DNA of 64,000 nucleotides from Flavobacteriia bacterium (lineage in GTDB: Bacteria > Bacteroidota > Bacteroidia > Flavobacteriales_D > Crocinitomicaceae), in NCBI GenBank assembly GCA_016178305.1, contig JACOTM010000043.1, forward strand, positions 51,139 to 115,138, read 5' to 3'. The notes below the pieces were generated by a model that saw only the letters and a list, made by a program, of their open reading frames with translations, searched no databases and was not told the origin of the DNA. Of the stretch, positions 9,349 to 17,266 are shown piece after piece. The first letter of the stretch is position 1; every line of letters starts with the position of its first letter. The position numbers and the translations under genes were made by a program.

Positions 9349-12300
9349 ATGAACCCAATCGAATTAATCAAAAATTTTATAATATATAATTATGAAGCCT
9401 TTCTATTAGAAAATGGTTATGCAGATAGAGATTTTTTTGAAGGAAAGGATTTAAAAAATAAATGCCAGAATACATTTAAAATATCATTTCCAATGATTTA
9501 TAATACTAGTAATTTTGATTTTAATGAAAAATATATAATAGCATTAAGAGACATAAGATATAATTATAGAACAATTATGAATCCTAGTATGTCTATTCAA
9601 AATGAATACAAAGACACTTGGTTAATTCAAAATAGAATTAATGAAATTGGCTGGGATAGTGATGAAACAAAATCAAAAACATATAGAGGAAGGTATTTAT
9701 TATATTTAGAACAGAAACTTGGTCGATCAAAATCAATTATTAATGAAACTGAAAGATCAAGTCTAGAAATTATAAAAAAAATTGGGGATCCTAAAAACAC
9801 GGATAATTTCTTTGTAAAAGGTTTGGTTGTTGGAAGTGTACAATCGGGTAAAACTTCAAATTTTAATGCAGTAGTTAATAGTTCTATAGATGTAGGTTAT
9901 AAACTTATCATAGTATTATCAGGAATAATGGAAGATTTGAGAAGACAAACTCAAATTAGAACTGAAAAAGAAGTAGAAGGGAAAATGATTACTCAGGGTT
10001 CATTTATAGGGGTTGGAGAAGAAAATTCATTTGGTCCTCTTGGTAAATTTGACGATGTTAAGCAAATTGTAATTCCTACATCAAGAAATAAAGATTTTGA
10101 TAGAAATTTAAAAGAATCTGAATTTAGTTTAAATCAAATCAACATACTTATTTGTAAAAAAAACACAAGCGTTTTACAAAATTTACTTCTATGGTTAAAA
10201 GAATATTTAGGAAAGAATACAGATAAGCATGACATTCCTTTTTTAATTATTGATGATGAAGCAGATAATGCATCTATAAATAATTTAGGACATAAAGGAG
10301 TTGAATATGCAAATAAAATAAATGGACATATTAGAGCATTATTAGCTCTTTTTAATAGAAAAACATACATTGGCTATACTGCAACTCCTTTTGCTAATAT
10401 TCTTCAAGATTGGAATAATAAACCAGTAACTAAATGGAAAGTCAAAGACTCAAGAAATAATTTAGAACTTGAATTTGACCAAGAAGGTAATTTATTCCCT
10501 GATGACTTTATTGAATTGTTAATTCCGCCTTCAAGCTACATTGGACCAAAAAACTTCTTTGAAACTAGAATTGAAAATATAAAAAAAATGGAACCTTTAT
10601 TAGCTGAGCCATTGACTGATTATATTGAATATTTTCCTGAAAGGGTAGAAATTCTATCTGATGATAATTTAATTGGTGTAAAAAAATACAATAATCAAAA
10701 AGAGTTTGATATTGATTTAAATGCTAGAACTAGATTCGGTACTTTTCAAGATTATAAACAAGCTACAAGAGCTACGACAAAATATGATAACTTTCCTATT
10801 GAAATACCAAAATCTTTAGATGAAGCGATAAAATGTTTTATTGTTTCAATTGCTATTAGATTATCAAGAAGACCAGAATTAATTCAATCAAAGTTATTTC
10901 ATCCTCATAATACAATGCTAATTCATATCTCAAGATTTTCAGATTGGCAATGTAAAACTAAAAAACTTATAATAGAAAAAATAGATTATATAAAAACTAG
11001 GCTAAATAACGACACTTTATCTGCAAGTGACTCTATTTTTATAGAGTTTGAAAGAATTTGGATTAAATATTATGCAGATGCAGTAAACAACATTAGAGAA
11101 TATTTACCTGAAAACTATGAAGATGAATATTTAACACGGAAAACATTCCTTGAAGTTAGAGATTTATTGGTTTCGGCAATAAATGGAATAGAAGTAAAAG
11201 CTGTTAATACTGTTGAAAAAGACTTTTTAGACTATGAAAGTGGTGAAAAAAAATACATTGTAATTGGTGGAAACAAGCTTTCAAGAGGTTTTACTCTTGA
11301 AGGGCTTACAATTAATTATTTCATAAGAAATACAAATTTTGCCGACACACTTTTGCAAATGGGTAGATGGTTTGGTTACAGGCCAGGTTATTTAGATTGC
11401 TGTAAATTATTCACAACTGCTGATTCCTTTGAAAAATTTGACCAATGCACATGGACAATTGAAGAATTAGAAGAAGAGTTTAGAATGTTATCAAAGGCAA
11501 AAAAGAAACCTAAAGATTATGCAACTAAAGTATTAACTCACCCAGGGGCTTTAACGATAACAAGACCTGCAATTCTAAAAAACACTATTATTGAAAAATG
11601 GTCTTTTGAAGATAAATTATTGCAAACAACCGATTTATTAATTAACAAAAATACAATAGAATCCTCTTGGTATAATTTCAAATCTATTTATAGAAAACAC
11701 AAAGAAAATTTCTTATATGATGATTTTAGAAAGGCAATTTTATTAAAAACTGATGTAAATGGATTAGAAGATTTTCTAATGTCACAAAAAACTTTTGTTG
11801 ATTTCCCATCCGAGGCAGTTATAAGATTCGTTAGAAAGTGTAATGAATTTGAAAAATTAACCAATTGGACTATTGCAATAAAAACAACAGGTTCTACAGA
11901 TAAGTATTTGCAAAAAAAAGACACCAATTTTGCAAATAATATTGAACTAATAAAAAGAAGTAGTTCAAAAAAAGAAACAAAGTATTACACTAAACTACTT
12001 GATAAAAATATATTTAAAGTATCTGGTGGATCTTCAAATATTTTATCTGGTGGTCGTGATATGAGCATGACTTTAGAAGGAGAAAAAATCACTCTAATTG
12101 AAGAGGAATTCAAGGTGAAATATAATAAAAATGCTCCTGAAAAAGTATTTCGTGAAAAAATGAAACCAAAAGATGGATTATTAGTTGTTTTCCTGATGGA
12201 TTTGACAGAAGTTTTTAATGATGATGTCCTTAAAGAAAAAGCAAACAATGAAAATATAGATTTAACTATACCTTTAATTGGATACGCAATTGGTATTCCG

Positions 12301-12420
12301 CCTATAGATGCTGGTCTTGGTGAGGATTATTTAATTAATGTTCATATAAGAGATAATGAAAATAATAGTCTAGAAGCTGAAGATAAAAGTGATGAAATTG
12401 AACCACTAGAAAATGAATAA
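9349..12420 (+). CDS. Z1-domain protein (SF2 helicase-like P-loop ATPase with C-terminal Z1 domain)
   Basis: Walker A GSVQSGKTS (from 9832), DEAD-type Walker B IIDDEADNAS (10252-10266) and TAT motif IGYTATPFAN. The Z1 signature is GGNKLSRGFTLEGL...LQMGRWFGYRPGY. Confidence 0.85.
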   Translation: MNPIELIKNFIIYNYEAFLLENGYADRDFFEGKDLKNKCQNTFKISFPMIYNTSNFDFNEKYIIALRDIRYNYRTIMNPSMSIQNEYKDTWLIQNRINEIGWDSDETKSKTYRGRYLLYLEQKLGRSKSIINETERSSLEIIKKIGDPKNTDNFFVKGLVVGSVQSGKTSNFNAVVNSSIDVGYKLIIVLSGIMEDLRRQTQIRTEKEVEGKMITQGSFIGVGEENSFGPLGKFDDVKQIVIPTSRNKDFDRNLKESEFSLNQINILICKKNTSVLQNLLLWLKEYLGKNTDKHDIPFLIIDDEADNASINNLGHKGVEYANKINGHIRALLALFNRKTYIGYTATPFANILQDWNNKPVTKWKVKDSRNNLELEFDQEGNLFPDDFIELLIPPSSYIGPKNFFETRIENIKKMEPLLAEPLTDYIEYFPERVEILSDDNLIGVKKYNNQKEFDIDLNARTRFGTFQDYKQATRATTKYDNFPIEIPKSLDEAIKCFIVSIAIRLSRRPELIQSKLFHPHNTMLIHISRFSDWQCKTKKLIIEKIDYIKTRLNNDTLSASDSIFIEFERIWIKYYADAVNNIREYLPENYEDEYLTRKTFLEVRDLLVSAINGIEVKAVNTVEKDFLDYESGEKKYIVIGGNKLSRGFTLEGLTINYFIRNTNFADTLLQMGRWFGYRPGYLDCCKLFTTADSFEKFDQCTWTIEELEEEFRMLSKAKKKPKDYATKVLTHPGALTITRPAILKNTIIEKWSFEDKLLQTTDLLINKNTIESSWYNFKSIYRKHKENFLYDDFRKAILLKTDVNGLEDFLMSQKTFVDFPSEAVIRFVRKCNEFEKLTNWTIAIKTTGSTDKYLQKKDTNFANNIELIKRSSSKKETKYYTKLLDKNIFKVSGGSSNILSGGRDMSMTLEGEKITLIEEEFKVKYNKNAPEKVFREKMKPKDGLLVVFLMDLTEVFNDDVLKEKANNENIDLTIPLIGYAIGIPPIDAGLGEDYLINVHIRDNENNSLEAEDKSDEIEPLENE

Positions 12421-13375
12421 AGAAAAAATTGAAAGTATATGGAATAAAATTATTCCAACTGGAGAAGGAGAGGTTGAATATAAATTACTTTCGAAAGAGT
12501 CAATCCCTCAATTAAACATTGGTTTTAATAAAAAAAGTCAAAGATGTTTAATTCTTGAGTTACCGTTAGGCTTTGATAAGCCTTTCCAACAGTTTGAAAA
12601 GGAAAATCTTTCACTAAAATATTTTATGAGAGAAAAATGTCTTTTTATTATTTTAAATGATGATTTTTTTAAAGACTTGTTTGATGATTTAATATTATCT
12701 ATTTATAGTAAAATTTATAACATTTCAAATACTGATGAATATTCAGAACTATTTACAAGGCATTTTTTTAAATGGAGTGCTTTTTTTGAAAATAAAAAAA
12801 CAGAGGGGCTTTCACGAGATCAAGTAAAAGGTTTAATTGGAGAACTCTTTTATTTGAAGAACTTGCTACTTAATGCAGAAATCAATGTTGATGAACTTTT
12901 AATTTCATGGAGAGGACCATATGATGAAGGGCATGATTTTGTTTTTGAATTTACAGATTATGAAATTAAAACAATTGAAAGTTCTAAAAACAACGTTCGT
13001 ATCTCAAGTGAATTTCAATTAGAATCAGAAAAGGGAAAAGAATTGGTACTGGTGGTGATTTTTGTAAATCCAGATAATGAAAATGGATTAAGCCTAAAAT
13101 CATTAATTAACGATATTAAAACAATAGTTCTTGATAAATTAGGAGATAATTCAATATTTATTAATGCATTAGCTCAAAAAGGATTAACTATTGGCGATTT
13201 AGAACAATATGAAATTTATCGTTATACACCTATTGAAGAAATTTCATATGATAGTAATAGAGAAAATTTCCCAAAACTTATTCGTTCTTCAATACCAGAA
13301 GAAATCAATAAACTAAATTACAACATAAGATTAAACTTGATTGAAGATTTCATAATAAATAAAAACCAATTCTAA
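12413..13375 (+). CDS. PD-(D/E)XK-motif protein (candidate nuclease subunit)
   Basis: GPYDEGHDFVFEFTDYEIKTIE supplies D (12935-12937) and ExK (12962-12970) at spacing compatible with a restriction-endonuclease-like core. The gene overlaps the Z1 gene by 8 nt (ATGAATAA). Confidence 0.65.
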   Translation: MNKEKIESIWNKIIPTGEGEVEYKLLSKESIPQLNIGFNKKSQRCLILELPLGFDKPFQQFEKENLSLKYFMREKCLFIILNDDFFKDLFDDLILSIYSKIYNISNTDEYSELFTRHFFKWSAFFENKKTEGLSRDQVKGLIGELFYLKNLLLNAEINVDELLISWRGPYDEGHDFVFEFTDYEIKTIESSKNNVRISSEFQLESEKGKELVLVVIFVNPDNENGLSLKSLINDIKTIVLDKLGDNSIFINALAQKGLTIGDLEQYEIYRYTPIEEISYDSNRENFPKLIRSSIPEEINKLNYNIRLNLIEDFIINKNQF

Positions 13376-15778
13376 ATGGAAATTCAAGAATATTTAAAAT
13401 ATAGAGTTGATTTATTAAATGAATCAAAAGATGAAGATGGATTTATTAATGAAAGTAATTTCATTAATAATATTATTCCTTCCATGTTGGATGCGAAACT
13501 TATAGATACTGAGGATTTCACGGAAACTTATTATTCAACAGAAATAGATGGTTCACCAATTAAAATTAACGGATATATCATAAATGATTCAGGTGAGCGT
13601 TTACAATTGTTTATATTAAATGAAGAGTCTATTTCCTTAAACTCTAGTAACTTAGAAATATTCCTTAAAGATTATTATGAAGGTGTTTTTAAGAAGGCTA
13701 CTAATTTCACAAACAAAGCAATTAAAGGTTATTTGAATGATATACAAGATGTTGGCGCTATCAATGCTTTAATAAATCAAATGTCATCATCTTTAGGGGC
13801 GGATCAATTTGATGTAATTGAAATATTTTTAATTTCTGCAACTGCAACTGTTTCAGGAACGGGATCAAATCTCCAACCAAAAAGGATAGATTTTAAAGAT
13901 GAAAAATTAAAACTAAAGTATTCTAAAAATAAAGAATCATTTGAAAAGGAAATTCTAGTATTAAAAAGATTAGTAGATTTAAATTTTCTATATAGTGTTT
14001 TGCTATCTCAAGGAAATAGAGAAGCATTAACAATTGATTTTGAAGAAAAATTCAATTTTAAAATTGAAGCAATTAAAGCTGCTGACGAAAACAATTTTGA
14101 ATCTTATTTATGTGTTTTACCCGCTTACATTTTAGCAGAACTATACAGAAGATTTAGTTCTAGATTACTTGAGAAGAATGTAAGATCTTTCTTACAATTT
14201 AAAAATACATCTAATGCTGGGATGAGAAAAACGTTAACAAAAGAACCTGAAAAATTTATTGCTTTTAATAATGGTTTGACAATAACCGCTAGTAATAAAG
14301 AGATTGATATAGTGAATGAAAAAATTTATATAAAATCATTATCAGATTTTCAAATTGTGAATGGTGGACAAACTACAGCAAGTATTTATTTTAGCCAAAA
14401 AGATGGTATTGATGTAAGTAAAGTAAAAGTAATGGCTAAAATTAATGTTGCCAAGAATGTTTCAGAAGAAGATTTAAATGAATTAATTTCTAGTATAAGT
14501 GAATTTTCAAATTCACAATCCAAAGTAACTACAGTTGATTTAAGATCTCGAAACCCTCAATTAAACAAAATAAAATCACTATCAGAAAGTATAATTACAC
14601 CATCTGGACGTAAATGGTTTTTTGAAAAATCAAAAGGTGAGTTTAATACAAAATTAAGAATTGCAGGGCAATCAGGAAAAAACAGAATAGAGAAAGAATA
14701 TCCTAAAGAATTTCGCTTTACAAAAGAACAATTAGGAAAATATTATTCTTCTTGGGGTGATGAGCCATTTAAGGTTAAAAAAGGAGGAGAGGCAATATTT
14801 AGAAAATTTTTAGAGGAATTAGGATCAGAAGAAAAGAAAGTTAATATCGATCGAAATTTTTATGAATTATTAATTTCAAGAATAATATTGTTTAAATCTC
14901 TTGAAGAAATTCATGGTGCCAGAAATAATGCAATTGGACAATTACGTTCAGCGGTAGTACCCTATACAATGTCTATATTATATAGTAAAACAGAAGGAGA
15001 TAAAAAAAATCATAATACTTTTGACTTAGCAAAATTATGGAGTTCAGAAGGTGTTGAAGACGATTTAAAAATTTATCTTAAGGAATTAATGATTCAAATT
15101 AATGATTTAATTAAAAAATATGCTAAAAGTGATGATTTAGGGGAATATAGTAAGAAGAAAGAGTTATGGGAAGATATTAGCTCATCTCTCGAATTAAAGG
15201 ATTTTTTAAAAAATGAAAATTCAATTAAAATCTTTAATAAATATTCAATATCTAAAAATGAAATAGAAAGTAAATTAAAGGCAAATTTAAAAATTAAAGA
15301 AATTAATTTTGAAAATCTTGTAAGTTCCGTTGAAATTCACAAAAAAACAACAATCTTTTACAAGTTGATATTAAAAGAATTTTATCATGTATTAAGAGAA
15401 AATGAATTAAAAAAATTAGAACGAATAGTTTCTCATATAAATAATAAAGAAAATCTACCTAATGATCTTATTTTGTTTGAACAAGAGTTGGTAAAAAAAA
15501 TAAGGTTTGAAAGTCCAGAAATATTTGATAGTTTTCAAATAGTGGAAGAATTTGATTTAGAAAAATCTCTTAATAATGTATTAAATAGTTATTATTATTG
15601 TGTTAAAAAAAGTGTAAATATTAATGACTATTTTGAAAAATTATCAGGTGAATGTGAATCAAGTGGTTTAAAATTTTGTTCGATTTTTTCTAAGTTAGGT
15701 AAGACATTAAAAAATAATGAGTCCCCATCAATAAAGGATTTATATCTGACATTAGATTATTATAAATCAATAAAATGA
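13376..15778 (+). CDS. AIPR-family protein (abortive-infection-phage-resistance-like)
   Basis: The central motifs FNNGLTITA and IVNGGQTTASIY (14356-14376) are characteristic of the AIPR family. The ATG abuts the upstream stop (TAAATG at 13373-13378). Confidence 0.8.
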   Translation: MEIQEYLKYRVDLLNESKDEDGFINESNFINNIIPSMLDAKLIDTEDFTETYYSTEIDGSPIKINGYIINDSGERLQLFILNEESISLNSSNLEIFLKDYYEGVFKKATNFTNKAIKGYLNDIQDVGAINALINQMSSSLGADQFDVIEIFLISATATVSGTGSNLQPKRIDFKDEKLKLKYSKNKESFEKEILVLKRLVDLNFLYSVLLSQGNREALTIDFEEKFNFKIEAIKAADENNFESYLCVLPAYILAELYRRFSSRLLEKNVRSFLQFKNTSNAGMRKTLTKEPEKFIAFNNGLTITASNKEIDIVNEKIYIKSLSDFQIVNGGQTTASIYFSQKDGIDVSKVKVMAKINVAKNVSEEDLNELISSISEFSNSQSKVTTVDLRSRNPQLNKIKSLSESIITPSGRKWFFEKSKGEFNTKLRIAGQSGKNRIEKEYPKEFRFTKEQLGKYYSSWGDEPFKVKKGGEAIFRKFLEELGSEEKKVNIDRNFYELLISRIILFKSLEEIHGARNNAIGQLRSAVVPYTMSILYSKTEGDKKNHNTFDLAKLWSSEGVEDDLKIYLKELMIQINDLIKKYAKSDDLGEYSKKKELWEDISSSLELKDFLKNENSIKIFNKYSISKNEIESKLKANLKIKEINFENLVSSVEIHKKTTIFYKLILKEFYHVLRENELKKLERIVSHINNKENLPNDLILFEQELVKKIRFESPEIFDSFQIVEEFDLEKSLNNVLNSYYYCVKKSVNINDYFEKLSGECESSGLKFCSIFSKLGKTLKNNESPSIKDLYLTLDYYKSIK

Positions 15779-15893
15779 AATTGAGTAAAGTTTCGGTAGT
15801 AGAAATGACTTTCTCCATCAACCACCCCGTTGAAAAATCATTGTATGATTATATCGTATCGGCGGAATAAGGAGTTTGTTTCGTTTGAGAATC

Positions 15894-15941
15894 AAATATA
15901 CATAATTATGTCTTCTTAAAAAGATATAATTATGTATATTT
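15894..15941. promoter_or_regulatory. Perfect 16-bp inverted repeat (AAATATACATAATTAT / ATAATTATGTATATTT, 16-nt spacer) overlapping a TATATTTG -7 box
   Basis: The arms are at 15894-15909 and 15926-15941. A TAnnTTTG-type -7 element at 15935-15942 lies 19 nt upstream of the ATG at 15961. Confidence 0.4.
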
Positions 15942-15960
15942 GTCTTGTATATAAGATAAA

Positions 15961-17202
15961 ATGAAAGAATTATTTAAAAAAATTATTATAAATCGACAGG
16001 ATTGGTTGAAATCATTACAAATTATCAAGAGAGATATTTCGATTGAAAATCAAGCTAATTATGCCTTTACTGGATTAAGAAGAGCTGGTAAATCTTATTT
16101 TTTGTATCAAATAATTCAGGGGAATTTAATTGCAGATTATGAACAGGTTTTGATGATTAATTTTGAAGATGAGCGACTAATGGAGCTGACAAGTAATGAC
16201 TTACATTTGATCTTAGAAGCTTATTCAGAATTGTATGATAAAAAACCTGTATTATTTTTGGATGAAATTCAGAACATACCAATGTGGCATAAATTTGTTC
16301 GTCGTTTAACAGATGATGGTTTACGTGTTTATATTACAGGAAGTAATGCTGACATGTTGAGTCATGAAATTGCAACAACTCTTGGAGGTCGATTTATCAA
16401 TCAAGAAATTCTACCTCTATCTTTTAGCGAATACCTTCGTTTTAAAAATATAGAAGTATCGAAAAAATCTAAATATTCGGAAGGACGTTTTCTAATTAAA
16501 AAAGCTTTTGAAGAGTATTTGCAATTTGGTGGATTTCCAGAATTAATTCAATTTGATAGAAAACGTGATTTTTTGTCGAGTGTTTATCAAAAATTATTTT
16601 ACGGAGATTTAATTGCTCGATACAATGTAACAAATTCAACGGTTTTGAAGTTGTTGGTTAAAAAAATAGCAGAAAGTGTCAATAATGAAACTTCAGTTAA
16701 TCGAATCAAAAATCTTATAAAATCAACAGGTGTAACTATTGGTAATAATACACTTTTCGATTACTTAAATTATTTGGAACTTTCATTTATGATTGGCTCA
16801 ATTTCTAACTTTCACAGTAAGTTTTCAGAAAAAGAGACCAATAAAAAATACTATTTTTTAGATAATGGAATTTTAGGTTTGTTTCTATTTGATCAAGATA
16901 CAAAACTATTGGAAAATTTAGTTTATATCGAATTAAGGCGAAAAGGGTTAAAATCCTATTTTCTAAAACGTAAAACAGAAGTTGATTTTTACGTTCCTGA
17001 CGAAGAGTTACTCATTCAAGTTTCTTATAGTATCAATGATAAAGAAACAGCAAAGCGAGAAATCAAAGCACTTTCTTCCGCAATGAAAGAATTGAACATT
17101 GCAGAAGGCTATATCATCACTTATGATGAAGAATCAGAGATTATAATCTCAGAAGGAACTATTCATGTAATTCCTGCATGGCAATGGATATTGGGGATTT
17201 GA
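15961..17202 (+). CDS. AAA_14 / DUF4143 family ATPase
   Basis: Walker A GLRRAGKSY and Walker B VLFLDEIQ are present. The C-terminal domain contains EVDFYV...LIQVSYS. This architecture is typical of the widespread archaeal/bacteroidetal DUF4143 ATPases. Confidence 0.8.
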   Translation: MKELFKKIIINRQDWLKSLQIIKRDISIENQANYAFTGLRRAGKSYFLYQIIQGNLIADYEQVLMINFEDERLMELTSNDLHLILEAYSELYDKKPVLFLDEIQNIPMWHKFVRRLTDDGLRVYITGSNADMLSHEIATTLGGRFINQEILPLSFSEYLRFKNIEVSKKSKYSEGRFLIKKAFEEYLQFGGFPELIQFDRKRDFLSSVYQKLFYGDLIARYNVTNSTVLKLLVKKIAESVNNETSVNRIKNLIKSTGVTIGNNTLFDYLNYLELSFMIGSISNFHSKFSEKETNKKYYFLDNGILGLFLFDQDTKLLENLVYIELRRKGLKSYFLKRKTEVDFYVPDEELLIQVSYSINDKETAKREIKALSSAMKELNIAEGYIITYDEESEIIISEGTIHVIPAWQWILGI

Positions 17203-17266
17203 ATTTTCAATCTAAAATTCAAAATCAATAATCCAAAATTCATATAAAGCTGAGCTCAGTTGAAGC

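Noticed and set aside
7213-12248. Minus-strand ORFs 7213-7461, 10134-10370, 11688-11927 and 11985-12248 inside the defence operon
   Set aside because: They are antisense to dcm and the Z1 gene, short and motif-free. They are expected by chance because AT-rich coding DNA has few antisense stops in some frames.
5465-17202. Calling the low-GC block a mobile element or genomic island with defined ends
   Set aside because: No integrase, transposase, tRNA target or flanking att-like direct repeats are visible. Only the ORF6N scar hints at recombination, so I report it as a compositional anomaly rather than a mobile_element feature.
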